Source of the DNA: Candidatus Krumholzibacteriota bacterium
Lineage (GTDB): Bacteria > Krumholzibacteriota > Krumholzibacteriia > JAJRXK01
Assembly (NCBI GenBank): GCA_963764625.1
Contig: CAVXTH010000009.1
Span: forward strand, 416,001-480,000
Reading direction: 5' to 3'
Length of the DNA stretch: 64,000 nt
Part shown: positions 22,107-32,264 of the stretch, one piece after another
Layout: every line of letters begins with the position of its first letter
Position numbering within the stretch: the stretch's first letter is position 1
The notes under the pieces: generated by a model
The model's database searches: none
What the model was told of the DNA's origin: nothing
What the model saw: only the letters and a program-made list of their open reading frames with translations
Program-made: the position numbers and the translations under genes

Positions 22107-23262
22107 TTCACCCGCGACGGCTCCCGAGGAAAAGACGCGTGGCCACGTGCTCCCCAACCGGGAGGACGTCTGGTGGTTGATCGGACGCATCATCGCTCTT
22201 CTTTTGGTTCTGTATTTCTTCCTCTATTCCATCGAATTGCTCGGTTCCACGTTCAAGCTCATGGGGAAGGGCTTCGCGGTGGGTCTCATCGAGACCACCG
22301 CCAATCCCTTCACCGGGCTTCTCATCGGCGTTTTGGCCACCAGTCTGGTGCAAAGCAGCTCGACCGTTACCTCGATCGTGGTGGGAATGGTGGCAGGAGG
22401 GGGACTGAGCGTACCCGGTGCGATTCCCATCATCATGGGCGCGAACATCGGTACCAGCGTCACCAACACGATCGTGTCCCTGGGGCACATGGCGCGTCCC
22501 CAGGAATTCCAACGAGCGTTTTGTGGGGCAACCGTACACGACTTCTTCAATCTCTTTGCCGTGGCGCTGTTTCTCCCGCTAGAGATCTTCTTCCACTTCA
22601 TCGAGCGTTCGTCACGGTGGGCCGAGGGCTTTCTTGTCGGTCGGTCGGGCGTGAGTTTCAACTCTCCCCTCAAGCTCATCGTCAAGCCGGTCGCGGAGTC
22701 GACCCAGGATCTCGTGAGATCCCTGGCCCGGGGAGATACTCTGGCCGCGGTCATCCTCATCATCCTGTCCCTGTTGCTGCTTTTTTTGAGCCTGCACTTT
22801 CTGGTGAAACTGATGCGCCGGCTCATCCTGGGGAGGGTGGAGGTCTTGATGCACCGCTACGTGTTCAGGAACGCGTTGGCGGGGATTCTCGCGGGGACTT
22901 TGGTCACGGTTCTAGTTCAGAGCAGCAGCGTGACCACGAGCCTACTGGTGCCGCTGATGGCAGCCGGATTCACCACCGTGGAACAGATTTTTCCCGTGGT
23001 GCTCGGCGCCAACGTGGGAACGACCGTGACGGCGCTCTTAGCCAGTCTGGTCACGGGTTCGCCGGCCGCTTTGGTGGTGGCCCTGAGTCATCTTTTTTTC
23101 AACATCTACGGGATCCTGGTGCTCTATCCTCTCAGGAGGATTCCGATCGGCGCGGCCAAGCTCCTCGGGCGGCTGAGCGTGCGATCACGGGGGTATGCGG
23201 TGGCCTATGTTCTCTTGGTATTTTTCATTATACCATTGGCTCTGATATTCGTGACACGCTAG
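22093..23262 (+). CDS. Na+/phosphate cotransporter (NptA/SLC34 family)
   Basis: Two QSSS repeats with GANIGT / GANVGT. Confidence 0.92.
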   Translation: MPFADSPATAPEEKTRGHVLPNREDVWWLIGRIIALLLVLYFFLYSIELLGSTFKLMGKGFAVGLIETTANPFTGLLIGVLATSLVQSSSTVTSIVVGMVAGGGLSVPGAIPIIMGANIGTSVTNTIVSLGHMARPQEFQRAFCGATVHDFFNLFAVALFLPLEIFFHFIERSSRWAEGFLVGRSGVSFNSPLKLIVKPVAESTQDLVRSLARGDTLAAVILIILSLLLLFLSLHFLVKLMRRLILGRVEVLMHRYVFRNALAGILAGTLVTVLVQSSSVTTSLLVPLMAAGFTTVEQIFPVVLGANVGTTVTALLASLVTGSPAALVVALSHLFFNIYGILVLYPLRRIPIGAAKLLGRLSVRSRGYAVAYVLLVFFIIPLALIFVTR

Positions 23263-23271
23263 GAGATCATC

Positions 23272-23952
23272 ATGTTTCGAGCTCTCTTAAACGCGCTTCG
23301 CAAGAAGAATCAGCTGAGCCGGGCTCTGGACCTGAGCTACGAGTGCCTGGAGAAGGCCGAGTTGCTCGCCCGCGCTTCCATGGATGATCTGCTCAACGGC
23401 CAGAAGCCCACGATCGACATCTACGCCCTGGATCGGGAGATCAACCGTGGTGAGATGCAGGTACGTCGCCTGGTTTTCGAGTATCAGCTCCTCAACGAGG
23501 TTCCCGACATGACGGCGAGTTTGGTCCTGACGAGCACCATCATCGATATCGAACGCATTGGCGACTATTCGAAGAACATCTACGAGCTCGCCGAACGCTA
23601 CCGCCATCCATTCGTGGGTAACCAACACTTCGAAACGGTACGCGGGATCGCTGAAGAAGTATTGAAGCTCTTCCCCCGCGCTGCCGAAGCTTTCCGCGAA
23701 GGGGACGTCGAGGCGGCAGAGTTCATCATGAAAGAGCACAGCGGTTTCAGCCGCCGTCTCGATTCGATGATCGACGGTCTGGTGGAGGACCCGCAGATCA
23801 GTGCCAAGGATGCGGTGATGGTGGCTCTCTCCGCGCGCTACACCAAGCGTATCAGCGCCCATCTTTCGAATCTGGCCAGCAGTGTAATCAATCCTTTCGA
23901 CCGTATTGGCTTTCGGCCCGGCAAGCGGGAGCCCGAAGACGCGGACGAGTGA
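23272..23952 (+). CDS. PhoU-domain protein
   Basis: D.EIN, DIERIGDYSKNI and RYTKRISAH; follows the Na/Pi transporter. Confidence 0.85.
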   Translation: MFRALLNALRKKNQLSRALDLSYECLEKAELLARASMDDLLNGQKPTIDIYALDREINRGEMQVRRLVFEYQLLNEVPDMTASLVLTSTIIDIERIGDYSKNIYELAERYRHPFVGNQHFETVRGIAEEVLKLFPRAAEAFREGDVEAAEFIMKEHSGFSRRLDSMIDGLVEDPQISAKDAVMVALSARYTKRISAHLSNLASSVINPFDRIGFRPGKREPEDADE

Positions 23953-23968
23953 GATCAAAGGGGAAGAG

Positions 23969-25636
23969 ATGCGAAACTACATTCCTTGTCTAGTTGCCGT
24001 GGCGCTGGTCGTAGTCGCGGCGACGGGTGCAGTCGCCTGCACGAACTTCGTCGCCAGCAGCGGGGCAACGACCGACGGATCGGTCATCGTGACCTATACC
24101 TGCGACGGAGAATTCCATCCACAGCTCGAGCGCGTCGCGGCTGCAACGCACGAGCCGGGAGATTCGCTCCAAATTACCGACTGGTCGGGGAAAGTCCTGG
24201 GGGCGGTGGCGCAACCAGCCCACACCTATGGCGTGGTGAATCTCATGAACGACCATCAGGTGGCGATCGCCGAGACCACGACCGATGGCCGGGAAGAACT
24301 CATCAATCCGGCCGGATTGCTCCACTACTGGGCCCTCATGCGCCTCACCCTACAGCGGGCGGCGACCGCGCGGCAAGCGGTCGAAGTGATGGGACAGCTC
24401 GTCGACGACTACGGCTACCGCAGCAGCGGCGAGTCGTTCTACATCGGCGATCCCAAAGAGGCCTGGATCATGGAGATGGTGGGCCCGGGGGAGAATCCAC
24501 CAGCGGGGAGCCCCGGTGCGTACTGGGTGGCGCTACGAGTGCCCGACGGCTACGTCTGCGCGCACGCCAACTTGGGCCGGATCGATACCTTTCCCGAGAA
24601 TGATCCCGACAATTGCCTGTACTCCCCCGGCATGGAGCAGTTCGCCGCCGCCCACGGATGGTACGACTCCTCCTCGGGGGAGGCGTTCAGCTGGCGCAAG
24701 GCCTTTCATCCCACCACTCCCGAGAAGCTCCGCTACACCGCGACTCGTGTATGGAGTCTGTACCGTCGTTGCGCTCCTTCGAGGGACTGGCCGAGCGATT
24801 ACCATCGCGGGGTAGAAGGAGTGAAGCCTCTCCCTCTATTCATCAAGCCCGATCACAAGCTCTCGGTGCAGGATGTCTTCGATCTCATGCGCGACCATTA
24901 CGAGGGCACACCCTTCGACATGACTCAAGGAGTCGACGCCGGTCCCTACAACAGTCCCTATCGCTGGCGGCCGATGGGATTTACGGTGGACGGTCAGAAG
25001 TACACATGGGAGCGCCCCATCTCCACCCAGCAGACCGGATTCTCGATGATCACCCAATCGCGCGGGTGGCTTCCCGACTCCGTCGGAGGGCTCAGCTGGT
25101 ATGGGGTGGATGACACCTACTTCACCTGCTATGTGCCTCTCTACTGCGGTATCAATGATGTGCCCCAAGCGTTCGCGGTGGGCAGTTTGAACCACTTCTC
25201 CTGGGATTCGGCCTGGTGGGTGTTCAACTTCGTCTCCAACTACGCCAACCTGAAATACTCGTACATGATTCAGGATATCCAGAAGGTGCAATCCGAACTG
25301 GAGGGTGAGTTCTTTGCCATGCAGCCGATCGTCGAGAAGACGGCGGCGGATCTGGCCAAGAAGGACCCCGCCCTGATGACGCGCTATCTCACCGACTATT
25401 CGGTGAGCCATGGGCAGGACGTGGTCTCGCGGTGGCGGCGCCTGGGCGAGGACCTGATGACCAAGTACAACGACGGCTACGTGAAGGACGAGAACGGCCG
25501 CGTTACGGAGAAGGGGTACCCCGAGAGCTGGCTGAAGACGGTGGTGAAGGAGAGACCGCAGCAGTTCCTGCTGCCGCCGGAGAGGGAGGAGACAGCCGCA
25601 GCGGGATCCGCGGCGGCCGCTCAGTCGACTCCCTAA
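23969..25636 (+). CDS. Secreted dipeptidase, peptidase C69 family (Ntn hydrolase)
   Basis: Signal peptide followed by nucleophile CTNF; MNDHQVAIAETT, MRDHYEGT and WERPIS. Confidence 0.88.
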   Translation: MRNYIPCLVAVALVVVAATGAVACTNFVASSGATTDGSVIVTYTCDGEFHPQLERVAAATHEPGDSLQITDWSGKVLGAVAQPAHTYGVVNLMNDHQVAIAETTTDGREELINPAGLLHYWALMRLTLQRAATARQAVEVMGQLVDDYGYRSSGESFYIGDPKEAWIMEMVGPGENPPAGSPGAYWVALRVPDGYVCAHANLGRIDTFPENDPDNCLYSPGMEQFAAAHGWYDSSSGEAFSWRKAFHPTTPEKLRYTATRVWSLYRRCAPSRDWPSDYHRGVEGVKPLPLFIKPDHKLSVQDVFDLMRDHYEGTPFDMTQGVDAGPYNSPYRWRPMGFTVDGQKYTWERPISTQQTGFSMITQSRGWLPDSVGGLSWYGVDDTYFTCYVPLYCGINDVPQAFAVGSLNHFSWDSAWWVFNFVSNYANLKYSYMIQDIQKVQSELEGEFFAMQPIVEKTAADLAKKDPALMTRYLTDYSVSHGQDVVSRWRRLGEDLMTKYNDGYVKDENGRVTEKGYPESWLKTVVKERPQQFLLPPEREETAAAGSAAAAQSTP

Positions 25637-25675
25637 TAGTGGGCGCGGTGACAGCCTTGGTGTAGATTTCTCCGG

Positions 25676-28303
25676 ATGCAGATCTCACCCGGTACCAGAC
25701 TCGGCCCCTATGAAATCCTCGCGCCCCTGGGCGCGGGGGGAATGGGTGAGGTGTACCGCGCGCGGGACACGCGCCTCGACCGCGAAGTCGCGGTCAAAGT
25801 GCTGCCCGAACACCTCTCGACGCATCCGGAGATTCGCTCACGGTTCGAGCGCGAGGCACGGGCGGTTTCCTCCCTCAATCACCCCCACATCTGCACCCTG
25901 TTCGACGTCGGCCGCGAGGGAAACACCGACTATCTGGTGATGGAGCTCATCGAGGGCGAGACCCTGGCGGACCGGCTCGTGAAGGGCCCCCTACCGCTTG
26001 CGGACGTGCTCGCCTTGGGCTCGCAGATCTGTAGCGCTCTCACCCGCGCCCACCGCGCCGGGATCATCCATCGCGATCTCAAGCCGGGGAACGTCATGCT
26101 GTCTGCGGGGGGCGCCAAGCTGATGGACTTCGGTCTGGCGCGCGCCGTGGGTCCCGCAGAAGCAGGTGAGGGGGGCGTGAGCCGACTCGCGCAGTCACCG
26201 ACCATCGCCCAGCCCTTGACCGCAGAGGGCACGATCCTCGGCACCTTTCAGTACATGGCCCCCGAACAGCTCGAGGGCAAGGAGGCCGATGAGCGAAGTG
26301 ATGTGTGGGCGCTCGGCTGTGTCCTCTACGAGATGGCCACGGGAAGCAGGGCCTTCGACGGGACCAGCCAGGCCAGTCTGATCTCGGCCATCATGGGACA
26401 AGCGGTACGGGCATTGAAGGAGCTCGCTCCCGCCTCGCCGCCCGCACTGGATCGTTTGATCCAGGCCTGCCTGGCCAAGGATCCCCAGGAGCGGGTGCAG
26501 ACGGCGCACGACGTCGGTCTGCAACTTCAGTGGATGCAATCCGCTGACGAGAGCGAGGCATTCCCGAGAGCCGCTGCGACCTCGGGCAAGCACCGCCGAC
26601 CGCGTTGGGCGCTCTGGGTCGTCACGGCCCTGGTCGTTCTGGCGACCTCGGCCACGACCTTCGTCATCGGTCGCGGTGGCCGGCCGACGACTGAATCCAC
26701 GGAGGTCCAATATCACCGCAAGACCTACCGCAAGCAGGCCATCTTCACCGCGCGCTTCATGCCCGACGGCAAGACGATCGTCTTGAGCTCCGCGCTCCTG
26801 GGGAACCAAACGCGACTCTACGTCATCCGTCCCGAATATCCCGCGCCGCAGCCGCTCGGGGTGAAGAACGTGCACCTGCTCGCCATCTCCTCGCGGGGCG
26901 AGTTGGCGGTTCTGGCCAACGCCCGCTACTCCGGCCACCATCGGCTCTTCAGCGGCACCCTGGCCCGCATGCCCCTGGAAGGCGCCGCCCCACGGGAAGT
27001 CCTGGAAGGCGTCCGCGAGGCGGATTGGTCGCCCGACGGAACGCAGCTCGCCATCATTCACGAGGTCGACGGCAAGGACCGGCTGGAGTATCCCATCGGC
27101 AAGGTCCTCTACGAATCGGCCGGCTATCTCAGCGACCCGCGGGTATCTAGAGACGGCCAACGAGTCGCGTTCATGGAGCATCCCTTCCGCTGGGACGACC
27201 GGGGGTCGGTCAACCTCATCGATCGCGAGGGCCACATGCGCGTGCTCAGTTCGGGATACTGGGGCATGGAGGGGATGGCGTGGTCGGTGGATGATGCAGC
27301 GGTGTTTTTCAGTGCCACCATCAACGGTAGCGACTTTTCCGTGTACCGGGCCGGCCTGCAGGGCAACGCAAAGCTGGTGCGCCAGAGCGCGGGGCTGTTG
27401 ACAATCCACGACATCGCAGCGAATGGCACCTGGATCGCGACGCGAGACGACTATCCAATCCGCATCATGTTTCAGGGGGCCGAAGACGCGCAAGCCCACG
27501 ACATCTCCTGGCTCGACAGCTCCGTGAGTCCAGTCCTCTCGGCCGATGCCAAGACCGTGGTCTTCACCGATCAGGCCGAAGGGGGTGGTCCAAATTACGG
27601 GGTGACTCTCCGCTCCACCTCTGGGGGCGCCATCGTTCGCCTGGGGGAGGGAGTGGCCCAGGAGTTCTCGGCCGATGGGAAATCGGTACTGGTGGCCGTT
27701 CCAAGCACTCCCCCGCGCGTCATGAGCTATCCGGTGGGGGCGGGACAGCCGCTTCGCCTCGACCATGGTGAGTTCGAGAATATCGGGCAGGCACTTTGGA
27801 TGCCCGGTGAAAGCGCGGTTCTGGTGAGCGGAAACGTGGCGGGCCAGCCACCTCGCTGCTTTTTGTTGAGTGCGTCCACGACCGAGCCGAAGCCGGTGGG
27901 TCCGGTGGGCATTCGGGGTGGCTTCCCCTCTCCGGATGGCAAGGTCTTCGTGGCGCTGTCGCAGACCGGTTGGTGGATCTACTCGATCTCGGGAGAGGAA
28001 AGCCCCCGGAAGCTGGAGTCGCTGTCCTCCCACGACCAGCTGGTTCGCTGGAACCTGGACGGATCCGCCCTGTACTGCTTCCGGGAGGCCAATAGCCCCA
28101 CGTCTCTGGACCGCATCGAGATCGCCACCGGCAAGCGTGAGAGCATCATGACCCTCGGCGGCACCGATCGAACCGGCCTCCTCAATCTGATCGATGTGTC
28201 GATGGCGGATGATCTGAGATCCGTCGTGTACGCCGGGTGGTACTACGACTCGGTGCTCTATACCATCGAACGTGCTCATCCGGCGGAACCGGAGCACGGT
28301 TAG
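25676..28303 (+). CDS. Hanks-type Ser/Thr protein kinase with TM and TolB/WD40-like beta-propeller
   Basis: LGAGGMGEVY, HRDLKPGN, DFGLA and YMAPEQ, then a TM and SPDG-type repeats. Confidence 0.92.
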   Translation: MQISPGTRLGPYEILAPLGAGGMGEVYRARDTRLDREVAVKVLPEHLSTHPEIRSRFEREARAVSSLNHPHICTLFDVGREGNTDYLVMELIEGETLADRLVKGPLPLADVLALGSQICSALTRAHRAGIIHRDLKPGNVMLSAGGAKLMDFGLARAVGPAEAGEGGVSRLAQSPTIAQPLTAEGTILGTFQYMAPEQLEGKEADERSDVWALGCVLYEMATGSRAFDGTSQASLISAIMGQAVRALKELAPASPPALDRLIQACLAKDPQERVQTAHDVGLQLQWMQSADESEAFPRAAATSGKHRRPRWALWVVTALVVLATSATTFVIGRGGRPTTESTEVQYHRKTYRKQAIFTARFMPDGKTIVLSSALLGNQTRLYVIRPEYPAPQPLGVKNVHLLAISSRGELAVLANARYSGHHRLFSGTLARMPLEGAAPREVLEGVREADWSPDGTQLAIIHEVDGKDRLEYPIGKVLYESAGYLSDPRVSRDGQRVAFMEHPFRWDDRGSVNLIDREGHMRVLSSGYWGMEGMAWSVDDAAVFFSATINGSDFSVYRAGLQGNAKLVRQSAGLLTIHDIAANGTWIATRDDYPIRIMFQGAEDAQAHDISWLDSSVSPVLSADAKTVVFTDQAEGGGPNYGVTLRSTSGGAIVRLGEGVAQEFSADGKSVLVAVPSTPPRVMSYPVGAGQPLRLDHGEFENIGQALWMPGESAVLVSGNVAGQPPRCFLLSASTTEPKPVGPVGIRGGFPSPDGKVFVALSQTGWWIYSISGEESPRKLESLSSHDQLVRWNLDGSALYCFREANSPTSLDRIEIATGKRESIMTLGGTDRTGLLNLIDVSMADDLRSVVYAGWYYDSVLYTIERAHPAEPEHG

Positions 28304-28329
28304 TTCTCGAGTTCAGCCAGGCCTCGAAT

Positions 28330-29262
28330 TCAACGGAACCTCGCCTTCAGCCCGCCAAAGCCAGTCGAGTGCGCCGCCACCGTCTGCGACCAGATGCCCG
28401 TGATGGAGCTCTCATTCGCCGCCGCCCCAAATGGTGTCAATCCGAGGACCTCGCACAGACAGCGCAGCACCGCGTAGTGGGTGAGGTGTTGGGTGGAGGT
28501 CTGTCCCGCCTGCACCGCCGGTCCGGCGAACACGGTGAGAACGTGGTTGCCCGAATGGCTGTCGTCTTCATCGAAGGTGAGCACCACCATTCCCCGTGGC
28601 CCCACCGCCTGGAGCATGGCTGGGATGTTGCCGGCGAGCCAGGTGTCGCCGGTCGCCACCACGCAGCTGTGCATGTCGTTGCACTGGCTAGGTACCACGA
28701 AGGAGAGCCGGGGTAGAGTTCCGGCCGCGATGTCAGCCGCGAGGTCGGAATAGGGCCGCTCATGGGTGTGATCCAGGTTGGACCAATCGGTCCAGGGCTC
28801 GTGCTTGCGCGCGTAGAGCGAGCCGCTGGCAGTGCATGCGGTGCTTCCTACTGAGGGCAGGTACTCCGAATAGGCCCGCCAGCTGACGCCGGCCGCTTCG
28901 CAGGCATGGCCCAAGTTCTCGGTCGTGTAGGGCGAGCCGGGGGAGGGGCAGTTGTCGTTCGTCACACCCTGGGTGCCTCCCGCCCACAAGGCCAGGTAGT
29001 TCGGCTGCGAGGGATGGGTGACTCCGTAAGACTGTGTGAACAGCACGCCGCCGCTGATGAGGGCGGAGATGTACGGCAGCCCGACGACCTGGGCGTAGCT
29101 GTGATTTTCCATGATCACCACGATGACGTGGTCCAGAGCCGGAGCCGCTTTGGCCGCAGCCGGCAAGGGTTGCCATAGCGCGGCCAAAGCCAAGAGGCTG
29201 GTCGCGTCGCGCAGAAGGGCCCAGCCACGACGGAATGCGAGAGAGTGAAGCTTGGAGGTCAT
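28330..29262 (-). CDS. Secreted phosphoesterase / acid phosphatase (alkaline phosphatase superfamily)
   Basis: HVIVVIMENHS, HPSQPNY, YARKHEP, NDMH and TFDE; short C-terminal tail TVAAHSTGFGGLKARFR. Confidence 0.85.
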   Translation of the reverse strand: MTSKLHSLAFRRGWALLRDATSLLALAALWQPLPAAAKAAPALDHVIVVIMENHSYAQVVGLPYISALISGGVLFTQSYGVTHPSQPNYLALWAGGTQGVTNDNCPSPGSPYTTENLGHACEAAGVSWRAYSEYLPSVGSTACTASGSLYARKHEPWTDWSNLDHTHERPYSDLAADIAAGTLPRLSFVVPSQCNDMHSCVVATGDTWLAGNIPAMLQAVGPRGMVVLTFDEDDSHSGNHVLTVFAGPAVQAGQTSTQHLTHYAVLRCLCEVLGLTPFGAAANESSITGIWSQTVAAHSTGFGGLKARFR

Positions 29263-29345
29263 CAGAAAAATCTTTCCCAGGGGAGCTGAACGGCGGCGGA
29301 CATTCAGTATACATCATACGAGCTGGGAGATTCCCTCGCCTGGAT

Positions 29346-30986
29346 TCAAGATCCCATGCGCCTCACCAATTTCGTCGGAATCTGCGGCGGCGGCGAAACG
29401 AGTCGCAGACGTCCCGGCCTGCGAAAGGCCAGGTCCAGATTCTCGAAGAAGCGATGACGATTGTAGCTTCGCCGATCGATGACGCGTAGGGCGCGGCGGT
29501 TGGCGAGAACCCAGTCGGGGGCATCGCCTCCGTGGATCGCTCTCTCGTAGAGACCGGGACCGAAGCCAAACTTGCCGCGCAACTCGGCCAGTTGTTGCCC
29601 TAGAGGGTGGAGGTGCCACCGGTGACCAGGCCTCTCGTTGGGAAGCTCGATTCTGGAGAGAACGGGATCGGTGAGCCCCAGGGACTGGATGACGTACCAG
29701 TCGAAATGGTCGTAGTTCCGCACGCACCAGTAGTCGGCCACGATGAGCGCAAATCCATACTTGCTCCGGTGCCGCCAATACTCTCGATAGGCTCCCCGCT
29801 TGTCGAACCCGGCGCCGGACTCCCAGGGCTTGCGTGCCAACTCGGGGCGCAGGCGATGGGTCATCGCATCCTCGAGGACTCCGTGGCCCAAGTAGCCTCC
29901 GCGTAGGGTATAGGGATGGCCGTCGAGGGCGTGGGGGTAGAGAAAACTCGTCCCCGCCGCCACCACCAGTCCAATCTGTGGCAGGAGCCAGCGCCGCGCT
30001 CGAGGCGCAATCCCCGAGATTATGGATTCGAGAAGGCCCGAGATCGGCAGCAAGAGAAGGGGAATGGAAAACGCCAGATAGCGGTAGTGGAGGAAGTCGC
30101 CGCCGATCTTCACCACGTAGGCCATGACCGAGAGCGCCATGAGAACCATCACGCCCCGCGCGCCGAGTTGCGGAAAGTCCTTTCCTCTGCGGTGGAGAGC
30201 CCAAATGCCAAAACCCGCGAGCGGTAGAATCACGAAGTACCCGTAGGTGAACGCGGTGTCCCACACATAGCGTAGACCCTGGGCAATCCAGGTCATGTTT
30301 TTGAGGTAGAAAGTGTTGGGCAAAAGGGCGGCGTAGTAGACGATGCGAAACAGGGACCACCCCCCAAGAGTCGTGAGCGCGACCGAGAGGGACCATCGCG
30401 GCCACGAGCCCGTGCGATGCCGGGCCCACGGAACGCTGAGCAACCAGGGGAGAAGTAGCTCATGACGGACGAGGGGTGCCAAGCCCACGAGTACCTGTCC
30501 GGCACGGGAACGCGGGTTCACCACGTGCCAGGCAAACGACGCGGCCGCAACTTGAACCAGAGGCGTCTCCAGCCCCGAAGTGAACGAGCTCAAGACCCCG
30601 TAGTTGAAGGTCAACAGGATGAGGGGAAGGTCGAGATGGTCGCGCTTGGAGAGCCGGTGGTGGGTGGCGACCATCAGAATCCAGAATCCGAGGAACGACG
30701 CCACGCCCAAGCCGCGCACCAAGAGCCAGTAGTTTGCGTGCAGTGCTCTGCCGGCGGTGAGCAGCAGCACCCAAAGGGGGCTCGAGAAACCCTCGACGTA
30801 CTCGCCCGCGTTGTAGACCAGCCCGAGTTTCAGAAAGAGCAGGTTGTCGACGTAGCGGAAGTAGACGAAGGCGTCGTCCATGAGCCAGGCGTAGTGGATG
30901 GTCAGAAAGAGCCCGCAGGCCAGACACACCCATTCACTCGGCGAGGGTCGACGCCACCACGAGCATGAGTGGGCGAGATCACGCAT
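29346..30986 (-). CDS. GT-C fold membrane glycosyltransferase-like protein (AftB-like)
   Basis: DDAFVYFRY..N..GLVYN.GE.VEGFSSPLW, SGLETPL, LPNTFY.K and GGDF..RY; many TM helices. Confidence 0.7.
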   Translation of the reverse strand: MRDLAHSCSWWRRPSPSEWVCLACGLFLTIHYAWLMDDAFVYFRYVDNLLFLKLGLVYNAGEYVEGFSSPLWVLLLTAGRALHANYWLLVRGLGVASFLGFWILMVATHHRLSKRDHLDLPLILLTFNYGVLSSFTSGLETPLVQVAAASFAWHVVNPRSRAGQVLVGLAPLVRHELLLPWLLSVPWARHRTGSWPRWSLSVALTTLGGWSLFRIVYYAALLPNTFYLKNMTWIAQGLRYVWDTAFTYGYFVILPLAGFGIWALHRRGKDFPQLGARGVMVLMALSVMAYVVKIGGDFLHYRYLAFSIPLLLLPISGLLESIISGIAPRARRWLLPQIGLVVAAGTSFLYPHALDGHPYTLRGGYLGHGVLEDAMTHRLRPELARKPWESGAGFDKRGAYREYWRHRSKYGFALIVADYWCVRNYDHFDWYVIQSLGLTDPVLSRIELPNERPGHRWHLHPLGQQLAELRGKFGFGPGLYERAIHGGDAPDWVLANRRALRVIDRRSYNRHRFFENLDLAFRRPGRLRLVSPPPQIPTKLVRRMGS

Positions 30987-31094
30987 GACTCTGGCGATGG
31001 GGGGAAGGGACTCCTCTACCCTACACCGTTCTTTTCTTCAGCGTGGAAAAATCCCTGCCTGCGAGAGTTTGGCCCTCGTTCCGGGGGAGAAGGA

Positions 31095-32246
31095 CTACCC
31101 CGCCATCACTTGCCTCGTCCTGGGCGCCACGCTGCCGTCGCCTTTGAGCGCGAGCATGCGCTGAAGGGCCATGCGCGCTCCCTCGGCGATCTGTGGAGGG
31201 ACGTGGATGGGATTGAGCTCGTGGCCCTGAAGCAACTCTTCGAGGCAATACAACAGGTGTGGAGGATCGATGCGGTACATGGTGGCGCAGGCGCACTGGA
31301 GGCCGGAGAGACTGCGAATGTCCTGCTCGGGATGTTCGTTGGCCAATCGGTTCACGAGGTGGTACTCGGTCCCGATGGCCCACTTCGATCCAACCGGGGC
31401 TCGACGAACTTGATCGATGATGAACTCGGTGCTCCCCACAAGGTCGGCGTTCTGCACCACTTCGAAGTTGCACTCGGGATGGACGAGCACGCGACGCTCG
31501 GGATCGTTTGCCCGGAGCCACTCGATGTTCTGAGGATTGAAGATCTGGTGCACGCTGCAGTGTCCGCGCCACAGGATGAGCTTCGCATCGGCATAAACAC
31601 CGGCTTCTGAGCCTCCGTCTTGCGCGTGGGGGTCCCACAGCGGCATCTGCGCCAGGGGAATGCCCATGGAGAAGCCCGTATTGCGGCCGAGGTGTTGGTC
31701 AGGGAAGAAGAAGGCCCGCTTTCCCCGCTGCAACGCCCACTCCAGTACGGCGCGCGCGTTGGAGGAAGTGCACACCACGCCATCGCGTCGGCCACAGAAG
31801 TCTTTGATCTCGGCACTGGAATTCATGTAGGTGATGGGGATGATTCCATCCACCCCGAGTGCGCTCAGTGTCCCCCAGGCCTCCTCGACTTGATCGGCCC
31901 GCGCCATGTCCGCCATGGAGCATCCGGCCCCCATATCGGGCAGCAGAACGGTCTGGTCGTCGCCAGTGAGGATATCGGCGCTCTCGGCCATGAAGTGCAC
32001 CCCGCAGAAAACGACGTACCGCGCCTCTTTCTGCGCCGCCGCGTGCTGGGCCAGCTTGAAGGAATCTCCGGTCGCGTCGGCATGACGGAGGATCTCGTCC
32101 GCCTGGTAATGGTGTCCCAGCAGAACCACGCTGGAACCGAGGGCCGTCTTCGCCGCCGCGATCCTCAAGCCTATTTCCTTCTCGGAGAGCGCAGTGATGC
32201 TCTCGGGAAGAGGGGTGTAGGTCTTTTGCATCGTCGCGTCTCGCAT
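31095..32246 (-). CDS. nadA: Quinolinate synthase
   Basis: LGHHYQ, FCGVHFMAE, AGCSMADMA, CTSSNA, HPEC and CACATM. Confidence 0.95.
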   Translation of the reverse strand: MRDATMQKTYTPLPESITALSEKEIGLRIAAAKTALGSSVVLLGHHYQADEILRHADATGDSFKLAQHAAAQKEARYVVFCGVHFMAESADILTGDDQTVLLPDMGAGCSMADMARADQVEEAWGTLSALGVDGIIPITYMNSSAEIKDFCGRRDGVVCTSSNARAVLEWALQRGKRAFFFPDQHLGRNTGFSMGIPLAQMPLWDPHAQDGGSEAGVYADAKLILWRGHCSVHQIFNPQNIEWLRANDPERRVLVHPECNFEVVQNADLVGSTEFIIDQVRRAPVGSKWAIGTEYHLVNRLANEHPEQDIRSLSGLQCACATMYRIDPPHLLYCLEELLQGHELNPIHVPPQIAEGARMALQRMLALKGDGSVAPRTRQVMAG

Positions 32247-32264
32247 GAGAAACACCTCGGAATG

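Noticed and set aside
26195-28297. 700-aa minus-strand ORF
   Set aside because: Antisense shadow of the well-supported Ser/Thr kinase; long shadow ORFs are expected at high GC and it has no recognisable motifs.
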